Shown piece after piece: positions 34,298 through 42,610 of a DNA stretch of 54,334 bases; position 1 is the first letter of the stretch; every line of letters begins with the position of its first letter. Under the pieces are notes generated by a model. That model saw nothing but the letters and a program-made list of their open reading frames with translations, was not told the origin of the DNA and did not search any database. The position numbers and the translations under genes are program-made. The stretch is taken from positions 1-54,334 of the forward strand of contig CAVDOI010000001.1 of assembly GCA_963610485.1 (NCBI GenBank). The letters run 5' to 3'. Source of the stretch: Lachnospiraceae bacterium (GTDB lineage: Bacteria > Spirochaetota > Spirochaetia > Sphaerochaetales > Sphaerochaetaceae).

Positions 34298-35548
34298 TCA
34301 GATTATCCTGGATGCATCCATCTTTCTGAAAGCGATTTTAGTACAGGAGCCTTCTCCGAAGAGAGCTTCCATCTCCTTTATGTACCTCGAAAGAAGGTGG
34401 TCGGGAACATAGGCCTGGATCGTCCCTGCAAAACCGCCTCCGTGGATCCGGACGGCACCCTCTCCCTCGAGGATGTGCTGGCTGAGCGCTATTGCAAGCG
34501 AGAGCCCCTGCTCCCGCGGTGCAGATGCCGGATAGACATTCTGGAGGAAGCAGAAGGAAGATGTGCCGCTTTCACTTACATTGTAGAGGAAGGTGTCGAT
34601 GTCGCAGTTTTTTATCTCTTCGAGCATGAATCTCACTCTCTCGTTCTCTGTGAAGAAGTGATAGGCTCTGAGAAGTGCACGGTCGTTTCCGAGCTTCTTT
34701 CTCAGATCTCCGAGGGATGACATGAATTCGGCGAAATCGACATCTCTCAGATTCTCCCTGCCGAACAGGGATGCAACCTGTCTCATCTCCGGAGGAACCG
34801 AGGCGTATTCGTCAGTAAGATCGGCATGGCAGCCGTGCGTATTTGTGATGACCATCGTGAGCCCGAACTCCGACAGGTCCAGATCGAGGGGGGTGACCAC
34901 CGGATTGTCCCTGTCCTTGAAATCTATTCCGACAATGCCGCCGGTTGCACAGCATATCTGATCAAGAAGTCCGGAGGGTTTACCGAAGTAGACGTTCTCG
35001 GCATACTGTCCGATCCGGGCAAGCTCGAGAGGCCCGAGCTCTCCGTTGTTGTATAGGGTGTTGAAGATCTCAGCAACGAGTACCTCCACCGATGCCGATG
35101 AGGAAAGTCCCGAGCCCACTGCGACGTCTGTCATGAGATTGGCTTCCCATCCGCCGAGCTGCGTTCCACGGTCTCTGAACGCCTTCGCGATTCCTCTGAG
35201 AATCGAGGACGTTGTATTCTTTTCGTCTTCGTGTACTGAAAGATCTTCGAGGGAAATCGTGCATGCGGGGAAGCCCTCGGAGTGGAGAACCACATCCCTG
35301 TCATCTCTTTTCGATACTGCTGCTATCGTATCGAGATTGATCGATGCCCCGATGACGAGTCCGAGATTGTGGTCTGTGTGGTTTCCCGCAATCTCCGTGC
35401 GGCCTGCGGCGGAGAAGATCATCGGGTTCTTTCTGTTGAAAAGCTCTTCGTGCTTTTTAACGAGAGCTGAGAAACGTCTGTCCATTGCCTCCTCGTCGTA
35501 GACCGAGCCGTAGAGCGAGGGATATATTCTGTGCAGTTCTTCGTACAT
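34298..35548 (-). CDS. galK: galactokinase-family GHMP kinase
   Basis: The galactokinase signature GRTEIAGNHTDHNLG and the GHMP ATP motif GSGLSSSAS are present. Confidence 0.8.
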   Translation of the reverse strand: MYEELHRIYPSLYGSVYDEEAMDRRFSALVKKHEELFNRKNPMIFSAAGRTEIAGNHTDHNLGLVIGASINLDTIAAVSKRDDRDVVLHSEGFPACTISLEDLSVHEDEKNTTSSILRGIAKAFRDRGTQLGGWEANLMTDVAVGSGLSSSASVEVLVAEIFNTLYNNGELGPLELARIGQYAENVYFGKPSGLLDQICCATGGIVGIDFKDRDNPVVTPLDLDLSEFGLTMVITNTHGCHADLTDEYASVPPEMRQVASLFGRENLRDVDFAEFMSSLGDLRKKLGNDRALLRAYHFFTENERVRFMLEEIKNCDIDTFLYNVSESGTSSFCFLQNVYPASAPREQGLSLAIALSQHILEGEGAVRIHGGGFAGTIQAYVPDHLLSRYIKEMEALFGEGSCTKIAFRKMDASRII

Positions 35549-35810
35549 GTGATAATTCTATTTCCATAGAGAGGGAAATGAAAGCGGAAAATCACGGGAG
35601 TTTGAAAAAGTTCGGTGAAATGATTGAGCCTGCAGAGAGGTGTCGTTCCGTCCGGTTGTATGACGGATTTATAGAAGAAATCTTTTCAGAAATGGTTGTA
35701 GAGGGCATCCCGGATAGAAAACATGATGATAATATTGCTTCTGCATTGTATCTTTTCTTGTTCCTGACCGGGCAGTATGTATTATGATATTTTCCTCTAA
35801 CCGCAATGAA

Positions 35811-37196
35811 TTAAACATGATGTGCACGGATGATGAACGGCCCGAGTCTCCTTATTCTGCCCTCCCTGAGCAATATCTCGAGTGCGCCTCTTAAGTCATC
35901 TTCGCTCCACGTGCAGAGGGAAAAGGAACGAGAGAAGACTGTGCGTCGTGTGAGCGCCCTCACCATCATCTTCTCGCTCATTATACCCCAGTACCTGATG
36001 AAGCCGAGAATCTCCCTTTCTCCGGCTCTGTTGTACTTGTCTTCTGTGCATTTGCTGCATCCCAGACATTCTCTGTTCTCCACTTCTTCGTTCATCTTTT
36101 CGAGGAGAAGTCGTCTTATGCATTCCTTTCCGGAGAAAACGGGGGTCAGAGAAGATCTGTCTCTGTCTGAGTAGAGAATGAAGGAGTGAGCCTCCCTGCC
36201 GTCCCTTCCGGCTCTTCCGGACTCCTGCAGGAAAGAAGAGGCATCGGGAGGAACGAAGGTGTGTATGACAGCTCTTATGTCGTCTTTTGAAACCCCCATT
36301 CCGAAGGCGATTGTAGAGGCCAGTACGCCACAGCGGCTCGTCATGAACCAGCTCTCGATTCTCTTTTTCTCATCCTTATCCACGAGGGCATGATAGAAAC
36401 GGCTCTCGAAGCCTTTTATCTTCAGCTTGTCCGCCCATTTTTCCGTTTTTTCACGGGATGGACAGAAGATTACTGCGGGGAGCATCTCCTTGTCGGAAAG
36501 AATATTAAGCACATCGTGTTCTATGCTGAGCGTCTTAACTGCATGGTAGTAGATGTTTTCCCTGTCTGCCGAGCCGTGGACGATGTACGGCTTTTCGTCG
36601 TTGAATATCATCGATATGATTTTACGTCCGGTCTCCCTGTTGATGGTCGCACTGAAGGCGAAGATGTTTTTAGGTTGGAGAAATTCGAGCACCGTCTTTA
36701 TCTCTAGGAGGGCGGGGCGGAAACTCTCACCCCACTCAAGTATCGTATGAACTTCGTCGATGACGACTGTCTCGATCAGATTTTTGATGCTGTCGAGCTC
36801 TCCCGTTTTCATCAGGGATAGAAGCATCTCGACGTTCGTTACAATCAACCGGCTTTTTCCCTCTCTCAACGCTCCGAAAGCCTCCTTTCTCTCCTCCCTT
36901 GTCATACCGCCTTTAAGTGTGACCGGATTGAAGCCGGATGCCGCAAAGCGCTTCTGCTGGTCGCTGATCAGCGCCAGAAGCGGATATATGCATACAGTCA
37001 TGCCCTTCATGAAGAGCATGGGTGCCGTGAAGCACAGTGTCTTCCCGCTTCCCGTCGGAAGAGACGCGACGAGCCTTGTCCTGCGGCCTGATGCCTCGTT
37101 GTCGAGGATATGACGGATTATCAGCATCTGATAAGGACGGAGATAGCTGATGCCGAGCCTCTCTCTTACGATTTCTTCGAATTGTTCCTGTTCCAT
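35811..37196 (-). CDS. recQ: RecQ-family ATP-dependent DNA helicase (short form, no HRDC)
   Basis: Motif I LPTGSGKTLCF, DEVH (IDEVHTILEWG), motif VI QESGRAGRDG and a Zn-binding Cys cluster (CLGCSKC) are present. Confidence 0.85.
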   Translation of the reverse strand: MEQEQFEEIVRERLGISYLRPYQMLIIRHILDNEASGRRTRLVASLPTGSGKTLCFTAPMLFMKGMTVCIYPLLALISDQQKRFAASGFNPVTLKGGMTREERKEAFGALREGKSRLIVTNVEMLLSLMKTGELDSIKNLIETVVIDEVHTILEWGESFRPALLEIKTVLEFLQPKNIFAFSATINRETGRKIISMIFNDEKPYIVHGSADRENIYYHAVKTLSIEHDVLNILSDKEMLPAVIFCPSREKTEKWADKLKIKGFESRFYHALVDKDEKKRIESWFMTSRCGVLASTIAFGMGVSKDDIRAVIHTFVPPDASSFLQESGRAGRDGREAHSFILYSDRDRSSLTPVFSGKECIRRLLLEKMNEEVENRECLGCSKCTEDKYNRAGEREILGFIRYWGIMSEKMMVRALTRRTVFSRSFSLCTWSEDDLRGALEILLREGRIRRLGPFIIRAHHV

Positions 37197-37295
37197 ATAT
37201 AATATAAGGACAGGAACTGTGTTTCTTTGTTTAATTCTTGATTTTTAGATTCCCATATAGGAATATAAGTATCATATTTTATTATTATCTTGAGC

Positions 37296-37326
37296 AATAA
37301 AAAGAGGGTGCCGTTGAGACACCCTC
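37296..37326 (-). terminator. intrinsic terminator of ackA
   Basis: On the minus strand, GAGGGTG-TCTCAACGG-CACCCTC is followed by TTTTTATT, directly after the ackA stop. Confidence 0.7.
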
Positions 37327-37332
37327 ATTCTT

Positions 37333-38679
37333 TTATTTCGACTTCTTCGGAGGATATGCGATGATGGAGGCAATCTCCGGTTTCTTCTTGAGGTTGTTCA
37401 CGAGGCCTCTTTCTCTGGCCTTGTTGACGTAGTCCGGATCCTCGAAGGAGTAGTGGAAGTTGGTGTGAACATCATATGTTCCCTTCATGAGTGCATATGC
37501 ATCTTCGGTGATTACGAGCTCTTCATCTGTCGGGATGACGAAAACCTTGACAGGAGAGTCATCTGTACTGATGCATGTCTCTGCATTCCTGCAGTGCGAG
37601 AGGTCGTTCTTCTTCGGGTCGATCTTGATTCCGAGAAGCTCGAGGCCTTCCGTTGCGCCGAGTCTGACGTTCTCGCCCATTTCACCGACGCCCGCCGTGA
37701 AAACGACTGCATCGACTCTTCCGAGGAGAGCTGCATAGGAACCGATATACTTCTTGAGTCTTCTGCATTCCATGTCGACGCAGAGCTGTGCTCTCTTGTC
37801 GCCTTTCTCCGCCATCTGTGAAACGTCACGTCTGTCGGATTTACCGCAGAGTCCCACGAGGCCGGACTTCTTGTTGAGGATTGTGTCCATCTCCTGGACT
37901 GTGTATCCTGCGTTGTTGCAGATGTAGGGGATGACTGCCGGGTCGATGTCTCCCGAGCGTGTTCCCATAACAAGACCCTCAAGCGGTGTAAGACCCATCG
38001 ATGTGTCGATACATACTCCGTTCTTGACGGCACATGCGGAAGCTCCGTTGCCGACGTGGAGAATGATGACGTTGGTGTCCTTGTTCTCCTTTCCGAGGAG
38101 GACGGCGGCACGCTTTGCACAGTAGAGATGGCTTGTGCCGTGGAAGCCGTAACGTCGTACGTTGTACTTCTCATACCACTCATAAGGTACTGCATACATA
38201 TATGCCTCGCTCGGCATAGTCTGGTGCCATGCGGTGTCGAGGACGATTGCCTGCGGAACATCGGGCATGAGACGGCGTGCACATTCGATACCCATGATGT
38301 TGCCCGGCATATGGAGCGGTCCGAGCGGAATGAGAGTCTTGAGCTTCTCGATGACTTCGTCATTTACAAGCGTCGACTTCTTGAACATCTCTCCGCCGTG
38401 GAGAACTCTGTGTCCGACAGCTCCGATTTCGCTCAGGTCCTTGATGCATCCGTACTCGGGATCCTGCAGCATCTTCAGAATGTAGTCGATTGCCTCGGCA
38501 TGAGTCGGGGAGGAGAATTCCGCTTCATAATCCTCTTTTCCTCTGGACTTCTGTTCGATTGTCGAAACCTCCTGTCCGATTCTTTCGACAACACCCACTG
38601 TCAGGACATCCTTGTTGTCCCAGTCATATACCTGGTATTTGGCAGACGAACTGCCGCAGTTCAGGGTAAGAATAACCAT
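37333..38679 (-). CDS. ackA: acetate kinase
   Basis: The start is at MVILTLNCGSSSAKYQVYD, after AAGGAG. RYGFHGTSHLY is present. The upstream 77 codons of the long ORF look non-coding. Confidence 0.93.
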   Translation of the reverse strand: MVILTLNCGSSSAKYQVYDWDNKDVLTVGVVERIGQEVSTIEQKSRGKEDYEAEFSSPTHAEAIDYILKMLQDPEYGCIKDLSEIGAVGHRVLHGGEMFKKSTLVNDEVIEKLKTLIPLGPLHMPGNIMGIECARRLMPDVPQAIVLDTAWHQTMPSEAYMYAVPYEWYEKYNVRRYGFHGTSHLYCAKRAAVLLGKENKDTNVIILHVGNGASACAVKNGVCIDTSMGLTPLEGLVMGTRSGDIDPAVIPYICNNAGYTVQEMDTILNKKSGLVGLCGKSDRRDVSQMAEKGDKRAQLCVDMECRRLKKYIGSYAALLGRVDAVVFTAGVGEMGENVRLGATEGLELLGIKIDPKKNDLSHCRNAETCISTDDSPVKVFVIPTDEELVITEDAYALMKGTYDVHTNFHYSFEDPDYVNKARERGLVNNLKKKPEIASIIAYPPKKSK

Positions 38680-38888
38680 TATATATCTCCTTGGTATTGG
38701 TATCTCAATCGATGATAATCCCTTAAGGGAAAAATCTCCACATCCGGAAGCCAAAAAAATGAAACGGAAACCGGAGGAAAAGTCAGGAAGGCTGACTAAG
38801 ATATGAAAATCCGACAGAAAAATGAATTCTGTAGAACTTTGACGATTTTTTTGACAAAAAGGGGCAGATGTCGTGCTTATAAAGGTGT

Positions 38889-39920
38889 ATGAAGGTATTT
38901 TTTCTGACACTTGTCATGTTCGTCCTCGCGGTCACACCGGCCTCCTCCTTATCGTATTCTATCCATTCTGACGGTACGGTGGACCTGAGGGACGGTGGAT
39001 ACTCCTGTTCTGTCTCACGGGACGGAACCGTCATTAAAACCCCTTTATTCGCGTTCGGTGCCGTGGAGGAAGGAGGGATTATCTACTCTCTGGATCATCC
39101 CTTCTCCTCCGGCTCCCTTTCTCCATCGTTCTCATCTTACTCTCCGCAGGGCAGAACGGCCGGAGCTGCAATCTATTATGAAGGATTAACACTCTTCTCT
39201 ATCTTCGGTGAGAGGGACGGCGGAGGCGTGATCTATGAGGGTCGAAACTGGAAGGCGGGAGCTCTGTATGCTTCTCCCGGAGAAGATACTGATTATCAGA
39301 AGAACACAGTTCTACGGACAGAGCGCAGATCTCTCTGGCTTTTCGGGTCATATGACGGGGCCTGGCTTGCGGGAAGGATGATTTCTTCTCTCGCGGGAGG
39401 TCGCTCTTTCTCGACGCTTTTAAAAGTGTCGCTGAAGCTGCCGTCAGTCTCCATAACATACGGATGCGGAGAAGTGCAGGCTTTCAGCTCAAAGGCCGAC
39501 GGATGGAAGAGTCTGATAGCTGCGTCTATATCGTCATCATCATTCTCTGTCACACATGAACTGAGGTATGAGCGCACTCCCGTCTACACCGGGGAATACA
39601 GAGACTATGAATACAGGATAAAAGCCCGTATCGGAAGGGGGGATTTCTTCTTCTCCGATTCCGTGACGAAGAGCTTCAGAGACGGACGCACGAAGAGGGA
39701 GGAGAGGATAGAGTCCGGGTGGCGGGGTGTTACGATAGGATTTGATACAGAAAAAAGAACCTTCTCCGCCTCGATTGAAGAGGGCGGCGCAGATATTACT
39801 TGGAATGACGGAAAGGCGGGTGTGAAGATCACGAAGACCATTGAAAGCGGAAGGGGAGTCTTCAGTTTCTCGCTCTCCTCGTCAGGTGTATCAAGCTGGA
39901 TTTATACTTACACACTCTAG
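38889..39920 (+). CDS. hypothetical secreted beta-rich protein
   Basis: A signal peptide (MKVFFLTLVMFVLAVTPASS) is followed by Ser/Gly/Tyr-rich alternating strands, ending in SSWIYTYTL. I recognise no family. Confidence 0.5.
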   Translation: MKVFFLTLVMFVLAVTPASSLSYSIHSDGTVDLRDGGYSCSVSRDGTVIKTPLFAFGAVEEGGIIYSLDHPFSSGSLSPSFSSYSPQGRTAGAAIYYEGLTLFSIFGERDGGGVIYEGRNWKAGALYASPGEDTDYQKNTVLRTERRSLWLFGSYDGAWLAGRMISSLAGGRSFSTLLKVSLKLPSVSITYGCGEVQAFSSKADGWKSLIAASISSSSFSVTHELRYERTPVYTGEYRDYEYRIKARIGRGDFFFSDSVTKSFRDGRTKREERIESGWRGVTIGFDTEKRTFSASIEEGGADITWNDGKAGVKITKTIESGRGVFSFSLSSSGVSSWIYTYTL

Positions 39921-40006
39921 TCTTTCCTCCTTTCCGTTCTTATCTTTATCAAGAAGGATGAAATCCTTATAATAAACGATAACTTAATGTGTGGAGGAAG
40001 ATATAT

Positions 40007-41410
40007 ATGAAGCTCTATAACACCATGAGCCGCAGAGTCGAGGAATTCGTACCTATAAAGGAAAACAGGGTGTCGATGTACTGCTGCGGACCTACTGTAT
40101 ACAACTACGCACATATCGGGAATCTGAGAACATTCATTTTTGAAGATATACTCAAGAGGACGTTCCTCTATGACGGATACGATGTGACGCATGTCATGAA
40201 CATAACCGATGTCGGACATCTCACCGGCGACGGTGACGAGGGTGAGGACAAGCTCGGAAAGAGAAGCCGCGAGACGGGAAGGAGCGTGTGGGAGATAGCC
40301 GGATTCTACACTGATGCATTCTTCAATGACGAGAAGGCTCTCAATATAATCAGGCCCGATATCGTATGCAGGGCAACCGACCATATAGACGACATGATTG
40401 CACTTATCAAGATTCTCGAGGAGAAGGGACACACATATACATCAGGCGGCAACGTCTACTTCTCGATCGATACGATCAGCGACTACGGAAAGCTTGCAGG
40501 ACAGAGCCAGGACGAGAAGATGAGCGGCGCCCGCATCGAAGTCGACGGCAACAAGCGCAACCCCAAGGATTTCGTCCTCTGGTTCACGAACTCCAAGTTC
40601 GGTGAACAGGCGATGATGTGGGACAGCCCCTGGGGAAGAGGATATCCCGGATGGCACATCGAGTGTTCGGCGATGAGCATGAAGTACCTGGGACCTCACT
40701 TCGACATACACTGCGGCGGTATCGACGCAATTCCCGTCCATCATACAAATGAAATAGCACAGAGCGAGGCTGCTACCGGCAAAAAGTGGGTCAACTACTG
40801 GTGCCACGGGGAGTTCCTCCTCAACGACAAGGGGAAGATGAGCAAGTCCTCGGGAGAGTTCCTTACGCTCCCGGTCGTCGTGGAGCACGGTTACAACACC
40901 CTGGATTACCGCTATTTCTGCCTTTCGGGTCACTACCGCACCCAGCTCAAGTTCAGCTGGGAGGCTCTGGACCATGCAAAGAGCGCAAGGGAGAAGCTCG
41001 TTTCGACAGTCGCGAACCTCAAGAAGAACAGCGCTCCGGCCGGGGCTCTTTCTGATAAGGCCGTGAGCTGGAGAGATGCTTTCGGCGATGCCATGAACAA
41101 CGATCTCAGATCCCCCGAGGCTCTGGCGGTCATGTGGACGATGCTCAAGGACAACGGTGTAAGTGACGGCGAAAAGCTTGCACTTCTCTACAACTATGAT
41201 AAGATACTCGGACTCGAACTCGATAAAGTCGAGGCGAAGAGCTCGGAGAGGGTCGGTACCGAGAAGGAGTGGAAGCTCCTCGAGGAGCGTGCCGAAGCCA
41301 AGAAGAGAAAGGACTGGGCGAGGGCCGACGAGATCAGAAACGAGCTGCTTTCTCTCGGCTACATTGTAAAAGATACTCCGAGCGGAGCGGTTCTCGAAAA
41401 AACGGTGTAA
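40007..41410 (+). CDS. cysS: cysteine--tRNA ligase
   Basis: CGPTVYNYAHIGNLR (HIGH) and KMSKSSG (KMSKS) are present; 467 aa. Confidence 0.95.
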   Translation: MKLYNTMSRRVEEFVPIKENRVSMYCCGPTVYNYAHIGNLRTFIFEDILKRTFLYDGYDVTHVMNITDVGHLTGDGDEGEDKLGKRSRETGRSVWEIAGFYTDAFFNDEKALNIIRPDIVCRATDHIDDMIALIKILEEKGHTYTSGGNVYFSIDTISDYGKLAGQSQDEKMSGARIEVDGNKRNPKDFVLWFTNSKFGEQAMMWDSPWGRGYPGWHIECSAMSMKYLGPHFDIHCGGIDAIPVHHTNEIAQSEAATGKKWVNYWCHGEFLLNDKGKMSKSSGEFLTLPVVVEHGYNTLDYRYFCLSGHYRTQLKFSWEALDHAKSAREKLVSTVANLKKNSAPAGALSDKAVSWRDAFGDAMNNDLRSPEALAVMWTMLKDNGVSDGEKLALLYNYDKILGLELDKVEAKSSERVGTEKEWKLLEERAEAKKRKDWARADEIRNELLSLGYIVKDTPSGAVLEKTV

Positions 41411-41438
41411 CCTTTGTATAGGAAAAATTGTTAGTAAG

Positions 41439-41975
41439 ATGGAAATAAAAAGTACCAACAGGGACGATTTCAGGAAAGTATACGATGAGAACTATACTCT
41501 GCTGATGCAGGTGAGCATACACATCGTGTACAACCAGGAGATCGCAGAGGACATAGTCCAGGAAGCCTTCGAACGTTTCTTCATAAAGAACATGAGCTTC
41601 CCGAGCATGGACGATGCGAAGTACTGGCTTCTGAGAGTGACTAAGAATCTCGCCCTCAACCACCTGAAGCACAACAAGCGCGAACTGCAGCTTGTCGAGA
41701 AGGTGAAGAAGATGCCCGGAAGCGAGACGGCGAACTATGCCGACTCTGCCAAAGCGGTCATAGAAGAGGAGGAGAGAAAGAGGGTCAGGGCCGCCGTGGA
41801 GGCGCTCCCGGACAACCTGAGGCTGGTAATACAGCTCAAGGAGTATTCGGGGCTCGACTACAAGGCTATCGGAAAGGTGCTCGGTATTTCTGAAACTAAT
41901 GTAAAGGTCAGGGTGCACAGAGCCAGACGGAAGCTCGAGAGCCTTCTGACTTCGGAGGAAAGAGATGTGTATTGA
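41439..41975 (+). CDS. ECF-type RNA polymerase sigma-70 family factor
   Basis: 178 aa, with region 2 (IAEDIVQEAFERFF) and a region 4 HTH (DYKAIGKVLGISETNVKVRVHRARRKL). Confidence 0.85.
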   Translation: MEIKSTNRDDFRKVYDENYTLLMQVSIHIVYNQEIAEDIVQEAFERFFIKNMSFPSMDDAKYWLLRVTKNLALNHLKHNKRELQLVEKVKKMPGSETANYADSAKAVIEEEERKRVRAAVEALPDNLRLVIQLKEYSGLDYKAIGKVLGISETNVKVRVHRARRKLESLLTSEERDVY

Positions 41976-42501
41976 TCTGCAGATGCTGTCGGCATATATG
42001 GACGGAGAGCTTGCCGAGCCCTACAGGACTCAGGTGGAGGAACATCTGCTGCACTGTGCAACATGCCGCAATCTTCTCCATTCGATGGAGGGACTGGACA
42101 GAAGAATCCGGGATGATTCGTTCTCCGAAGAGGAACTCGACAGAAACAAGGAAGCTGTATTCGAGAAGCTTGATAACAAGTTCTTCAGGGAGAAGAACAG
42201 GATCAGCATATTCCGCCGCAGGATACAGATGAGCGTACCCGCGATGATAGCAACTGCCGCCGCAGCGACATTCATCTTTGTAGGAGGCTTCGTTCTCTTC
42301 GGCTCCAATGCCGGACAGACAAGCGACATCCTGCCGTCCTTCAATGTGAATGCAGGTGCCGAGAACGTCAGATACGTCTCGAACAGCGACAGCCTCGACA
42401 ACTACTCGCTCGAGGAGATACTGCAGTACCTTGACAGCAAGGGCTACAACGTCGATATTTCCATAAAGGGTCTCCAGCCCCTTGAGGTGAGCGGAGAGTA
42501 A
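41965..42501 (+). CDS. anti-sigma factor (zf-HC2 type, single-pass membrane)
   Basis: The gene overlaps the sigma gene by 11 nt. An N-terminal H-x3-C-x2-C motif (HLLHCATCRNL) and one TM segment (VPAMIATAAAATFIFVGGFVLFG) are present. Confidence 0.7.
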   Translation: MCIDLQMLSAYMDGELAEPYRTQVEEHLLHCATCRNLLHSMEGLDRRIRDDSFSEEELDRNKEAVFEKLDNKFFREKNRISIFRRRIQMSVPAMIATAAAATFIFVGGFVLFGSNAGQTSDILPSFNVNAGAENVRYVSNSDSLDNYSLEEILQYLDSKGYNVDISIKGLQPLEVSGE

Positions 42502-42505
42502 GACA

Positions 42506-42533
42506 GTGCAGGGAGACCTGCACTTATTTTTTT
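42506..42533 (+). terminator. intrinsic terminator after the anti-sigma gene
   Basis: GTGCAGG-GAGA-CCTGCAC is followed by TTATTTTTTT. Confidence 0.7.
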
Positions 42534-42610
42534 CCGCGTCCCGCCGCGGTAATTGTTCCTTACACTTCTTTCTGATAAACTTTCCTTCGAAACGGAGGAA
42601 AGATAACCAG

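Noticed and set aside
37236-37262. An ATTCC-N6-GGAAT inverted repeat in the AT-rich recQ upstream region.
   Set aside because: The arms are only 5 bp, in AT-rich DNA where such repeats arise by chance. I saw no second copy elsewhere in the window.
40442-41458. A 338-aa ORF antisense to cysS.
   Set aside because: It is a shadow ORF of an unambiguous cysS (HIGH and KMSKS motifs on the other strand). The composition is low-complexity and there are no start signals.
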